From: an uncultured Acidobacteriota bacterium
GTDB lineage: Bacteria > Actinomycetota > Acidimicrobiia > Spongiisociales > ZC4RG35
Reading direction: 5' to 3'
DNA length: 64,000 nucleotides
Assembly (NCBI GenBank): GCA_963725075.1
Contig: CAVRXA010000004.1
Coordinates: forward strand, 3,578 to 67,577
The notes beneath the pieces were generated by a model. That model had not been told where the DNA came from and did not search any database. It was given only the letters and a program-made list of their open reading frames with translations. A program made the translations under genes and the position numbers. Numbering within the stretch: position 1 is the stretch's first letter; every line of letters begins with the position of its first letter. This document shows, piece by piece, positions 45,008 to 55,026 of the stretch.

Positions 45008-46491
45008 CCCTCCAACTGATCGCCCGGGCTAGGGAATGGGCCGACAGGGTTGCCATCTCCGATCAGGAGGGGACTCACACCTACGCCGATCTCCTCGGAG
45101 GGTCCGAGCGGGGTGCGGCCCGTTTCCTCGACGGCAGGACGGACCTAGACGAGGCCCGGATCGTCTTCATGGTCGAGCCGTCGTTCGACTATGTGCGGGT
45201 CCAGTGGGCGATCTGGCGGGCCGGCGGGGTCGCCGTCCCGCTCTGTCTCACCCACCCCGCACCCGAGTTGGAATACGTGCTCGACACGACGACTCCCACC
45301 ATCGCCATTGCCTCATCGCGATATGCCGATCTGCTCCGTCCCCTGGCCGAGGCGAGAGGGATCGAGTTTCTCCTGGTTGATGAGGTAGGCGCGGACCCGG
45401 TGGCCTTGCCCGACATCGGGCCACGTCGCAGGGCCATGATCCTCTTCACCAGCGGAACGACGGGCCGGCCAAAAGGTGTGGTTACCACCCACGCCAACAT
45501 CGAGGCCCAGATCAGGTCTTTGGTGGAAGCATGGGAATGGGAACTGAACGACCGAATCCTCCTCACGCTCCCGCTTCATCACATCCACGGCATCGTCAAT
45601 GTCATCGGTTGCACCCTGTGGAGCGGCGCACGCTGCGACATGCTCCCGTCTTTCGCCGCCGACCAGGTCGTGGACCGTCTCACCGCCGGTGACCTCACCC
45701 TGTACATGGCGGTCCCCACCATCTATCACCGGCTTATCACCCATCTCGATGAGGAGTCCGATGAGGCGAACTCGGCTTTCCGGGACGGAGTCGGCCAGCT
45801 CCGACTCATGGTCTCCGGCTCGGCGGCGCTGCCCGTCCCGGTCCTGGAGCGATGGCGTGAGCTGTCCGGTCACACCCTGCTCGAGCGATACGGGATGACC
45901 GAGATCGGGATGGGTCTGTCCAACCCCTACCGAGGGGAGCGGATGCCCGGCTCGGTGGGGACGCCGCTTCCCGGCGTCGAGGTTCGACTCGTCGACGAGG
46001 AAGGGGCCGCTATCACCGACGATGAGCCGGGCGAGATCCAGGTGAAGGGACCTACCGTCTTCCTCGAGTACTGGGACCGTCCCGAAGACACCGACACCGC
46101 CTTCACCTCCGATGGCTGGTTCCGAACCGGCGACACCGCGGTCGTCGAGGAGGGTCGCTACCGAATCCTGGGCCGGTCATCGGTCGACATCCTCAAGACC
46201 GGTGGCGAGAAGGTGTCCGCCCTCGAGATCGAAGATGTCCTGCTCGGCCACGAGGCGATCAGCGAGGCGGCCGTGGTCGGGGTCGACGACCCGGAGTGGG
46301 GCCAGCGGGTCGTAGCCGTGCTGGTTGTATCGGGCCCGCTGGATGGAGAAGAGTTGAAACAGTGGCTCAAGGGGCAGTTGGCCCCGCACAAAGTGCCCAA
46401 GGAGTTCCATTTCACCGATTCGCTGCCCCGAAACCCGATGGGAAAGACCATGAAGCCTGAGGTGGTCCGGATATTGGAAGAGAGGATCTGA
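45004..46491 (+). CDS. Acyl-CoA synthetase (MatB/ACSF3 malonyl-CoA synthetase-like)
   Basis: FTSGTTGRPKG, LPLHHIHG, SGSAALP, ERYGMTEIG, GWFRTGD, LKTGGEKVS, NPMGK. Confidence 0.92.
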   Translation: MTLQLIARAREWADRVAISDQEGTHTYADLLGGSERGAARFLDGRTDLDEARIVFMVEPSFDYVRVQWAIWRAGGVAVPLCLTHPAPELEYVLDTTTPTIAIASSRYADLLRPLAEARGIEFLLVDEVGADPVALPDIGPRRRAMILFTSGTTGRPKGVVTTHANIEAQIRSLVEAWEWELNDRILLTLPLHHIHGIVNVIGCTLWSGARCDMLPSFAADQVVDRLTAGDLTLYMAVPTIYHRLITHLDEESDEANSAFRDGVGQLRLMVSGSAALPVPVLERWRELSGHTLLERYGMTEIGMGLSNPYRGERMPGSVGTPLPGVEVRLVDEEGAAITDDEPGEIQVKGPTVFLEYWDRPEDTDTAFTSDGWFRTGDTAVVEEGRYRILGRSSVDILKTGGEKVSALEIEDVLLGHEAISEAAVVGVDDPEWGQRVVAVLVVSGPLDGEELKQWLKGQLAPHKVPKEFHFTDSLPRNPMGKTMKPEVVRILEERI

Positions 46492-46493
46492 GC

Positions 46494-47366
46494 TCAGGCT
46501 CGGCGGCTGGCCTCGACCACATAACCCATGTCCTGGGAGCCGTGTCCCTGTTCGATCAGGGTCTCCATCAGCTCCATGGTCCGCTCCAGCTGCCCGGTCG
46601 GGGCACCGGTTCGCCGGGCCTGTTCCAGGGCAAGGGTCAGGTCCTTCCGGGCCAGATCGATGGTGAACGTGATCGGTGCCTGGTCGGGGTGGAGGTACTG
46701 CTCCCGGCGATAGGCGATCATCGGGGCACCCGCCGCTCCCTTGGCCAGGATATCCAAGGTGGTCTCTGGGGCAACGCCCGATTTCTCCGCCAACGCCACC
46801 GCCTCGGCCACCGCCTGGTTGATGCCGTAGAGCACCGAATTGACCGCCAGTTTGAGCACGGCGGCGGATCCGGTGGGCCCGACCCGCACGGGATTGCCCA
46901 CCGCCTGGAGGATCGGCTCGACGCGTTCGTAGACCTCGTCCGAAGCACCCACCATCACCAGCAGGGACGCCGCCTCGGCGGCCGCAGTCGCTCCAGAGAC
47001 CGGGGCGTCCACCATGGTCGCTCCCCGCGCCCCGACCAATGCTCGGGTCTTCTCGAAGCTCTCCGGACCCGAAGTGCCCATGTCGATGGCAACTATGTCT
47101 GGCCCGAGACCACCGCCGAGTTCCCCGTACACCTCTTCGAGGGCATCGCCGTCGGCGAGCATGGTGATGAGGAACTCACTCCCTGCCAGTTCGGAGAGGC
47201 TCCCGGCGATTACGCCTCCGTGTTCCCCCACCCATTCCTCCGCTACTGAGGCAGTGCGATTCCACACGGTGACCTCATGCCCGGCCTTGGCGAAGTTGGC
47301 TGCTATCCGTGAGCCCATTCGACCCAGACCCACGAAACCGACCCTGGCTGAAGGTGAGGTGGACAT
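46494..47366 (-). CDS. Beta-hydroxyacid dehydrogenase (3-hydroxyisobutyrate/6PGDH family)
   Basis: VGLGRMG, VWNRT, DAPVSG, LKLAVN. Confidence 0.9.
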   Translation of the reverse strand: MSTSPSARVGFVGLGRMGSRIAANFAKAGHEVTVWNRTASVAEEWVGEHGGVIAGSLSELAGSEFLITMLADGDALEEVYGELGGGLGPDIVAIDMGTSGPESFEKTRALVGARGATMVDAPVSGATAAAEAASLLVMVGASDEVYERVEPILQAVGNPVRVGPTGSAAVLKLAVNSVLYGINQAVAEAVALAEKSGVAPETTLDILAKGAAGAPMIAYRREQYLHPDQAPITFTIDLARKDLTLALEQARRTGAPTGQLERTMELMETLIEQGHGSQDMGYVVEASRRA

Positions 47367-47411
47367 GCGACACAGTATGCACCACGATCCCCGCGTCGAA
47401 AGGCGGGTGGT

Positions 47412-48494
47412 GTGAGAGCAATCAGGTATCACGGACCGGGGGATGTCCGGCTCGAGGAGTTACCGGTCCCGGAGCCGGGACCGGGCGAGATCCAGGTGCG
47501 GGTCGCCACCGTCGGCATCTGTGGCACCGACGTTGGCGAGTTCGTTCACGGCCCTCGCTTCTTCCCCGTCGACGCGGCTCATCCCCACAGCGGGCACTCC
47601 GGCCCCACCATCCCCGGTCACGAGTTCTCGGGATGGGTCACCGGAGTGGGTGAAGGAGTCATCGGCTTCACCGAGGGTGATCTGGTGGGAGTCGGTGCCG
47701 GCGTGGCCTGCGGTGTCTGCCCGTCCTGTGTCGGCGGTCAAACCAATCTCTGCCACTCGTACTGGACCGTCGGGCTCCACTCCAATGGCGGTCTGGCAGA
47801 GACCGCGGTGATACCTGCCTCGTGCAGCTTCACCCTGTTGGGATCCGCTATCACCCCCGATCTCGCCGCCCTGACCCAGCCCATGTCGATCGGGATACAC
47901 GCCACTCGCCGCGGTCGGGTGGAAAACGGCGACCTGGTGACGGTGCTCGGGGCCGGTGGCATCGGCAGCTTCATCGTCTACGCCGCCGCAGCATCGGGCG
48001 CCACGGTGACAGCAGTCGACCTCGATCCGGTGAGGCTGGCCATCGCATCGCGTCTCGGAGCGACCTCGACCAGCGATATCTCGGCTTCGGAACCCGAGGA
48101 GAACCTGAGCGGGGAGAAGCCGAGTGTCGTTTTCGAATGCACAGGTCGTCCCGACTCGTTGCTCCGTGCACTTCGCCTGGTGGCCGATGGTGGCCGGGTG
48201 GTGGTCGTCGGTCACCAACCCGAGCCGGTGGCCGTCGACTTCAGGGAGGTCGCCCTCGACGAGCTGGAGATCATCGGCACCCAGGCCCATGTCTTCGCCG
48301 GGGACTTCCCCGCGGCCGCGGACCTCATCGCCGCCGACCCGAGCGTTTGGGCCGCGATCGCGCCAACGGTCTACCCCCTCGATCAGGTCGTCGAAGTGGG
48401 GCTGATCCCCATGGCGAAAGGGGAGGCGCCGCAAATCAAAGTTCTGTTTGACCCCAGCGCCGATGCTCCACGGCCGCTGCGAACCGAGGCATGA
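47412..48494 (+). CDS. Zn-dependent alcohol dehydrogenase (2,3-butanediol/sorbitol DH-like)
   Basis: GICGTD, GHEFSG, CGVCPSC...NLC, GAGGIG. Confidence 0.9.
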   Translation: MRAIRYHGPGDVRLEELPVPEPGPGEIQVRVATVGICGTDVGEFVHGPRFFPVDAAHPHSGHSGPTIPGHEFSGWVTGVGEGVIGFTEGDLVGVGAGVACGVCPSCVGGQTNLCHSYWTVGLHSNGGLAETAVIPASCSFTLLGSAITPDLAALTQPMSIGIHATRRGRVENGDLVTVLGAGGIGSFIVYAAAASGATVTAVDLDPVRLAIASRLGATSTSDISASEPEENLSGEKPSVVFECTGRPDSLLRALRLVADGGRVVVVGHQPEPVAVDFREVALDELEIIGTQAHVFAGDFPAAADLIAADPSVWAAIAPTVYPLDQVVEVGLIPMAKGEAPQIKVLFDPSADAPRPLRTEA

Positions 48495-48501
48495 GCACTT
48501 C

Positions 48502-49725
48502 TCAGGCTCCAACGGCCAGTGGAATCTTGCGGTGCCGGAGGACGACGATCACCGGGATCGCCAGCAAGAACAACCCGATGAGCGAGATCATCCGGTAGTC
48601 GCTGGCCTGGTAGATGACTCCCGAGGAAATGCTGGCCAACGCTCCGGAGGTCCAGGTGATCGAGTCCACTCTGCCCTGAAGGCGGCTTCGGACCTCGACT
48701 CCAACACCAATGGTCAGCATCGAGCTCCCGGCGACGAACGCCAGGTTCCAGCCGTACCCCAATACAAACAGGACCACGACCAACACAGCCGTGGACTCGT
48801 TGGGGCCATAGGCCGCGCCCAGAGCCGAGAGCCCGAGCAGGGCCATCCCCCCCAGGATCACTCGATACCCGCCCCATCGATCGGTGAACCGGCCGGTGAG
48901 AGGGGACAGGGCGAACATGCCGAGGGTGTGGGCACTCATCACCAAACCGACGATGCCCAGGTCGGAGCCGTGGTGGTGAATGTGAAGTGGGGTCGACGTC
49001 ATGATCATCACCATCACCACCTGGCCGGTGATCATGGCGATGAGGGCGACGCGAACCAGCGGGAGACGGAACGACGGTCCCAGACCCACAACAGGCGCTC
49101 CGCTTGCCTCGGGTTGGTCGAGGGCGAGAGTGGCCGGATCAGGGCGGAGAGCAACCAGGTAGAGGATGAGTGCGATCCCCATGAAGACGACGCTGACCAG
49201 GAAGCCGCCCACGAGCTCGGACCGGCCCAGGTCGATTGCGATCGCCCCGGAGGGTTGGAGAAGGGCCGGGCCTAGAACCGATCCGATCGTCGCCGCCCAC
49301 ACCACCGTGCCCAGGGCCCTGCCTCGCCGATCTTCGGGATACATCTCTGCCGCGGCGTAGCGGGCGAGATGGCCCGATGCGTTACCCAGACCGAGAAGCG
49401 CCATACCGATCAGCAGCAGGGGAAGGGAGTCGCCGGTCAGTCCGACGATTCCCAAGACGCTGCCCACCACCGCCGCCGCGTAGCCGGCCGCCAATCCGGG
49501 GCGACGGCCACGGCGGGCGACGTTTCGACTGAGCAAGCTCGTCCCCACCGCCGTGCCGAGCGTGGCGGTAGCACCGGGCACGCCGGCCAGCGTGGCCGAT
49601 CCAGTGATCTCGTCGACAGCGAGCGTGGAGATTGTCACCGCCGCAATGAACGCAACCGAGCCGAGGGCAACTCCGCTGAACAGGACCGCCGTGATCCGTG
49701 AACGAGGCGGGTTGGGACCGTGCAT
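48502..49725 (-). CDS. MFS transporter
   Basis: 12 predicted TM helices, motif A-like ARRGRRPGL, GRFTDRWG. Confidence 0.88.
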   Translation of the reverse strand: MHGPNPPRSRITAVLFSGVALGSVAFIAAVTISTLAVDEITGSATLAGVPGATATLGTAVGTSLLSRNVARRGRRPGLAAGYAAAVVGSVLGIVGLTGDSLPLLLIGMALLGLGNASGHLARYAAAEMYPEDRRGRALGTVVWAATIGSVLGPALLQPSGAIAIDLGRSELVGGFLVSVVFMGIALILYLVALRPDPATLALDQPEASGAPVVGLGPSFRLPLVRVALIAMITGQVVMVMIMTSTPLHIHHHGSDLGIVGLVMSAHTLGMFALSPLTGRFTDRWGGYRVILGGMALLGLSALGAAYGPNESTAVLVVVLFVLGYGWNLAFVAGSSMLTIGVGVEVRSRLQGRVDSITWTSGALASISSGVIYQASDYRMISLIGLFLLAIPVIVVLRHRKIPLAVGA

Positions 49726-49785
49726 CCGAGCAGTTTGGTCCCAAGCGACCCTCGCCGGAGTCGATGGGCGGTGGACGGCTACTGG

Positions 49786-50868
49786 CTATCCCGAGTACGA
49801 GTAGGCGACGTGGGTGTTGCCGTTGGGATCGAGGAGGAAGGCAGTGTCGCCACCGTTGTTCCACACCGCTGATCCCTGATTGCACCAGTACAGATCGGTG
49901 TCGAAATCAGCGCCGCAGCCGGTCTTCACCGTGACCGTCTCTCCGGGGAACAGGGTGAACGACGCCGGGAACTCATACCGGTGGCTGGCCGACTCGTCCT
50001 TGATGCCCCAACCGGTCAGGTCGACCGGGGTCGCTCCTTCGTTCCGGATCGCAATCCACTCCCCGTTGAGGTTCTCGTTGTCGTTTCCGGGGGCATCGGA
50101 CATCACCTCGACGATGCCCAGGGTGGCTTCGGCGCGTGGCCCGCAGGCAGTTGGCGACCACAGACCGAGCCCCGCCTCCTTCGCTGCGGCCTGGGCATCG
50201 TCGAACCGGTCGGTCATCGCCGTGTCGGGGGGATAGCTCCTCGAGAGGGCAGCCCCACGGCGAATCGTCTCCTCGTTGATCGACATGGCCCCGACCCACA
50301 AGTAGCGCAGAAGTCGATCGAACTGGTCGATGTCGGACACATCGCTGGTCATGCCGATTCTCGACCCCGGCGGGGCCAGGGCGGCGAGAACCCGCGTTGC
50401 CTCGTCGGCGAAGCACTCCCCAGACTCGGATGAGTTGGTCCCGATGATCCTGACCTCGAAGAGCGACCCGTCATCGGCCCGAACATCGAGGGTGTCGCCG
50501 TCCGTTATCGAAGCCACCGTCACGACCTCGGCGCCGGGCGGCATCGCCGCTGAGGGATCACCAGAGAGCCCGGCCGTCGGCGGTGCGTAGAGGGGGTCAT
50601 CCACTGGCGGAGGGATGACGGCGGCAGTGGTGGTTGGGACGGCGGCGCCGGTCGTCGTCGTGAACGCCTCGGTCGTGGTCGTCTCAGGACGGGTCGTCGT
50701 GCTCGTCGTCGTCGAAGCGGGAACTGTCGAGGACGACGATGAACTCGGCACCGCGGTCGTGCTCGAGGTGCCCAGTGTCGTTTCCGGCGAGGCAGCCGAG
50801 CAGGATGCGACGAGGACGACGGCCAGCAATGCGGTCAGACGCGCCAAAGACAGGATTCGCACAGGCAT
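49786..50868 (-). CDS. Lipoprotein thermonuclease (SNase) with C-terminal lamin-tail domain
   Basis: Lipobox LVASC, Thr-rich linker, ITDGDTL, DQFDRLLRY, AKEAGLGLW, NGEWIAIRN...DLTGW...VWNNGGD. Confidence 0.85.
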   Translation of the reverse strand: MPVRILSLARLTALLAVVLVASCSAASPETTLGTSSTTAVPSSSSSSTVPASTTTSTTTRPETTTTEAFTTTTGAAVPTTTAAVIPPPVDDPLYAPPTAGLSGDPSAAMPPGAEVVTVASITDGDTLDVRADDGSLFEVRIIGTNSSESGECFADEATRVLAALAPPGSRIGMTSDVSDIDQFDRLLRYLWVGAMSINEETIRRGAALSRSYPPDTAMTDRFDDAQAAAKEAGLGLWSPTACGPRAEATLGIVEVMSDAPGNDNENLNGEWIAIRNEGATPVDLTGWGIKDESASHRYEFPASFTLFPGETVTVKTGCGADFDTDLYWCNQGSAVWNNGGDTAFLLDPNGNTHVAYSYSG

Positions 50869-50960
50869 TGACCGTATATCGGACGGCTGACCTCAGGGAT
50901 TCAGCATCAATCACGGGACGACGGTGATGGCAGTATTCGCCCCGACGAAAGGACACGAAC

Positions 50961-51311
50961 ATGCTGTTCGCCAGCGCAGTTCCCCTTCGACCGGGCAGGA
51001 CGGACCGATACCGCGATCTCGCCACCGAGTTGAGGCCTCACCTCGAGGAATACCAGGACCTGAACCGCCGATTCGAGGTGAAGGGTCACGCCTACTGGAT
51101 CAACCATGGCCGCGAGGCCGACCTCGGGGTGAGCGTGTACGACATCTCCCCGGCCGGCCTGAGCCGGATGCGTCTTCGTGAATGGGATCCAAGCTCGGTC
51201 TACGACAGGTGGTGGCTGGAGTTCGTGGAGGATGTCAACGGTCTCGATCTGCTTCAAGGCCCGGCGCACGTGGCTCCGCCCGAGCCGGTTTTCGACTGGA
51301 GCGACCACTGA
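50961..51311 (+). CDS. Hypothetical protein
   Basis: 116-aa ORF with AAAGGA RBS upstream and coding-like composition. Confidence 0.7.
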   Translation: MLFASAVPLRPGRTDRYRDLATELRPHLEEYQDLNRRFEVKGHAYWINHGREADLGVSVYDISPAGLSRMRLREWDPSSVYDRWWLEFVEDVNGLDLLQGPAHVAPPEPVFDWSDH

Positions 51312-51339
51312 GGTTCTGGTCCCAGGCTCAGAACCTGGA

Positions 51340-51991
51340 GGACGCGAGTAGTCCCATCGGGCATGACCTTCGCACTCCAATGGGGTCGATGCAGGCTGCG
51401 GTCGAGGCGCTTCAGGATGGGGTGGCGCCCGACCCACAGGCGTACCTGCGCGGCCTGTCTCTCGACCTGGAGCATCTGCGTCATCTCGTGGACGACCTCT
51501 TTCTCCTGGCCAGGATCGAGTCCGGGCGTCTCGAGCTCTCACCGGTCGGCGTCGACATTGCAGAGCTCGCGGACGAGGCGGTGGAGGCAGTGACCCCGGT
51601 TGCGGCGATGCGACAGGTCGCTCTGACCGTCGGTGGTCCCGGGCATGTAGCGGTTCGGGGCGACCCGGCCGCTCTCGGCCGCGTGCTCAGGAACCTCCTC
51701 GCCAACGCCATCCGTCACAGCCCCGAATCAGGGGAGGTCAAAGTCTTGGTGAGCCGAAATGGATCCGATGCCATCACCACGGTCGTGGACGAGGGGCCGG
51801 GATTCCCGCGCGAGATGGGTGACAGCGCGTTCGAGCGATTCGTTCGGGCCGACGACTCACGCAATCGCGAATCCGGCGGGGCGGGGCTGGGCCTCGCCAT
51901 CGCCAAGAGCATCATCGAGGCTCACGGAGGCAACATCACGATCGAGCCCGGCCCAGGGGGGCGGGTGCGGTTCTCGGTTCCGCTCCTCTGA
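51340..51991 (+). pseudogene. Orphan sensor histidine kinase fragment (HisKA + HATPase, N-terminus missing)
   Basis: IGHDLRTP H-box, NLLANAIRHS, DEGPG, GGAGLGLAI. No plausible start, sensor domain or cognate regulator. Confidence 0.7.
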
Positions 51992-52002
51992 TCGGTTCGG
52001 CG

Positions 52003-53590
52003 TCAGTGCCCGAGGGCGCCAGGCGCGACCGGCGTGTCGGGCTCGCCGGCGCCGACGTGGGCGGTGTCACGCAGAGGCAACTCGGGGAGAAACACGACCA
52101 GGAGGAGCGCGGCGAGGGCGAACGGGACGGCGATGGCGAACGAGGTGGTTATGGCGCCGGAGAATGCATTCATCACCGCATCTCTGGTCCCTGCCGGAAG
52201 CTGTGCGATCAGATCAGGGCTCCCGGTCAGCTCCCCCATCTCCGCTCCCGCCGGGAGGAGACTGGCCAGGCGAATGGCGAGCTGGCTGGTGAGCACCGCA
52301 CCGAAGAGGGCGGTTCCGAAGGATCCCCCCAACGAACGGAAGAAAGTGGCCGACGAGGTCGCCACCCCGAGGTCGCGCGCTTCCACTGCATTCTGGACCG
52401 CGATGACCAGGACTTGCAGGACCAGGCCGATCCCCGTGCCGAAGATCAGCATGAAGATCGATGCCGTGAGTAGGGGGGTCTCAATGCTCATCGTGGAGAA
52501 CAGCCACAGGCTGATCGCCATCAGGGATGTGCCGACGATCGGGTAGATCTTGTAGCGACCGGTGCGGGTGATCAGCCGGCCCGAGACGATGGAAGAGGTC
52601 ACCACGCCACCCATCAACGGAATGAGCAACAACCCGGAGTTGGTCGGCGTCGCTCCCATCACCACCTGGAGGAAGAGGGGCAGGAAGATGATGCCGCCAA
52701 ACATGCCCAGACCGACGATGAACCCGGCGGCCGAGGTGATGGCAAAGGTGCGGTCCCGGAACAGCCGGAGGGGGAGGATCGGCTCCGCGGCGCGACGCTC
52801 CTGGAGAAGGAAGAGGCCGAGCAGCACCACCGCCACGATCGACAACCCGATGATCATCGGCGAGCCCCACGGATACTCCGAGCCTCCCCAGACCATGACC
52901 AGGAGAAGTGAGGTGACTCCACCGACGAGAAGGCCGGCTCCCAGATAGTCGACCGGATGATCGACCCGGCGGAAGGGAAGATTGAGAACGGTCGCAGTGA
53001 CGAAGAGAGCGGCCAGGCCGATGGGCAGGTTGATGTAGAACACCCACCGCCATGAGAAATTGTCGACGAAGAAACCGCCCAGCAACGGGCCGGCGATCGA
53101 TGCCAAGCGCGAAGACCGCTCCGATGTACCCCTGGTACCGCCCCCGCTCTCGGGGCGAGACGATGTCCCCCACGATCGTGAACGTCATCACGATCAAGCC
53201 GCCCGCCCCCAGCCCTTGGATGGCCCGGAAAGCGATGAGCTGGGTCATCGATTGGGACATCCCGGCCAGCACCGACCCGATCAAGAAGCTGACGATGGCG
53301 AACTGGAAGACGATCTTCCGCCCGTACATGTCCGACACCTTCCCGTACAGGGGCGCCGAGGCCGTCGAGGTGAGGAGGTAGGCCGTGACCACCCAGGAGA
53401 GGTGCTCGAGGCCACCCAGCTCTCCGGCGATGGTGGGCAGTGCCGTGGCGACAATGGTCTGGTCGAGGGCGGCGAGAAAGAGACCCAGCATCAGCCCGCT
53501 GAGGACCAGCAGGATCTGACGATGGGTCATCGGATTGGCGGTGGCGATTCCCTCGTCCAGTGACTCTTCTCGATGCGCTGCTTGGTTCAA
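52003..53590 (-). CDS. DHA2 (EmrB/QacA) 14-TM MFS efflux transporter; frameshift at ~53105
   Basis: LDQTIVATALPTI, WVVTAYLL, YGKVSDMYGRK, then ASIAGPLLGG...WRWVFYINLPIG. Confidence 0.9.
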
Positions 53591-53632
53591 GGTCGAAGTC
53601 CGTCGCCTAATTCCCGCATGGATAGACGCGCA

Positions 53633-54382
53633 TCAGCCCGAAGGCCCGAAACGCTCGGTCCTGATCGACTCCGGGTCGTGGCCGAGATCGACGAGGTCGT
53701 TGGCGACCGTCTCGACGAAGCCGGTTGGCCCGCAGATGTACGTCCAGGATTCGCTGGCAGGCGGCCAGGCCACTTCGGAAAGGATGGCAGCGTCGATGCG
53801 ACGGCCATATCCCTCCCAATCCTCGGGTCGGGCACGGGTCAACGTCAGGTCGACGTCGACACCCGCGGCATCTCCGAACCCGATCAGCTCTTCGCGATAG
53901 ATCACATCGTCGATCGTCCGGGCCGAATAGAGGAGCCGGGCCGGGGACTCGCCATCGGCCACGGCCCGGTGGCGCAGGATCGCCCGAAACGGCACGACAC
54001 CGGAGCCTCCGGCGATCATCAGCAGCGGACCCATCATGCCCTCTTCCCAGACGAAGTAGCGGCCGATCGGGCCTCTCATCTCCAATTCGTCTCCAGGCGC
54101 CAGCTCGTCGAAGAGATACGGGGAGACTTCGCCGTCTTGAAGTCGCTCCACGGTCAGCATCAGATGCTCATCCTCGGGCGCCGAGGCGATCGAGTAGCTC
54201 CGCTGCGCCTGATAGCCATCCTCGGCGGTGAGCCTGATGTCGACATGCTGGCCGGCCATGTGCCCCGTCCACATCGGGCATTCGAAGACGATGCTGCGCA
54301 CCCGCGGGGTCTCGTCGCGTTTCGAGATGACCCTGGCCGCTAGCCAGTCCATCCGAACCGGAGTCGTGGGAGCCTGGCTCAA
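53633..54382 (-). CDS. FNR-like FAD/NAD(P)-binding oxidoreductase
   Basis: GQHVDIRL, RSYSIAS, GEVSPYL, IAGGSGVVP, YICGPTGFVE, TERFG; TTG overlaps the upstream stop. Confidence 0.9.
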   Translation of the reverse strand: MSQAPTTPVRMDWLAARVISKRDETPRVRSIVFECPMWTGHMAGQHVDIRLTAEDGYQAQRSYSIASAPEDEHLMLTVERLQDGEVSPYLFDELAPGDELEMRGPIGRYFVWEEGMMGPLLMIAGGSGVVPFRAILRHRAVADGESPARLLYSARTIDDVIYREELIGFGDAAGVDVDLTLTRARPEDWEGYGRRIDAAILSEVAWPPASESWTYICGPTGFVETVANDLVDLGHDPESIRTERFGPSG

Positions 54383-54981
54383 TCGCCCCAGTACCGCTGC
54401 TCCCGCCACGGGTCCCCGTAGTCGTGGTATCCGTTTCTCTCCCAGAACCCACGCTGGTCCTGCGCCAGCAACTCGATCCCCCGCACCCATTTGGCGCTCT
54501 TCCAGAAATAGAGATGCGGCACGAGGAGCCGGGCCGGACCGCCATGCTCGGGGTGCAGTGGCTGATCGTCGTACCCGGTTGCGACCCACGCCCGACCCCC
54601 GATCACGTCGGCCAGAGGAAGGTTGGTCGTGTAACCGCCGTAGCTGGAGGCCATGATGTGCGTCGCCCCTGTGTCCACGTCCTCGAGCAGGGTGTCGACC
54701 GACACGCCCGTCCAGGTGGTGTCCAGCTTCGACCACTTCGTGACGCAGTGGATGTCGAGGGTGACGGTCTCCGACGGAAGGGCGTTGAACTCGTCCCATG
54801 TCCAGGATCTCGGCTCATCGATGAGCCCGGTGATCTCGAGGCTCCACTCGTCCAGCGGGACCCGGGGTGTGGGGCCAGCAGACAGCACGGGGAAGTCGTG
54901 GGCGACATATTGGCCGGGGGGAAGGCGGCTCGGGTCGACCTCGGGCCGTCGTCCCTTGAAGCCACGCGAGATGATCGCCAT
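54379..54981 (-). CDS. Sulfite-oxidase-like molybdopterin-dependent oxidoreductase (single domain)
   Basis: RLPPGQY, DIHCVTKWS, GYTTNLP, EHGGPARL, YFWKSAKW, GFWERNGYH. Confidence 0.92.
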   Translation of the reverse strand: MAIISRGFKGRRPEVDPSRLPPGQYVAHDFPVLSAGPTPRVPLDEWSLEITGLIDEPRSWTWDEFNALPSETVTLDIHCVTKWSKLDTTWTGVSVDTLLEDVDTGATHIMASSYGGYTTNLPLADVIGGRAWVATGYDDQPLHPEHGGPARLLVPHLYFWKSAKWVRGIELLAQDQRGFWERNGYHDYGDPWREQRYWGD

Positions 54982-55026
54982 CGAGCGGCGAGGCTAGCCC
55001 AGCATCATTTCCGTACGATTGGAGAG

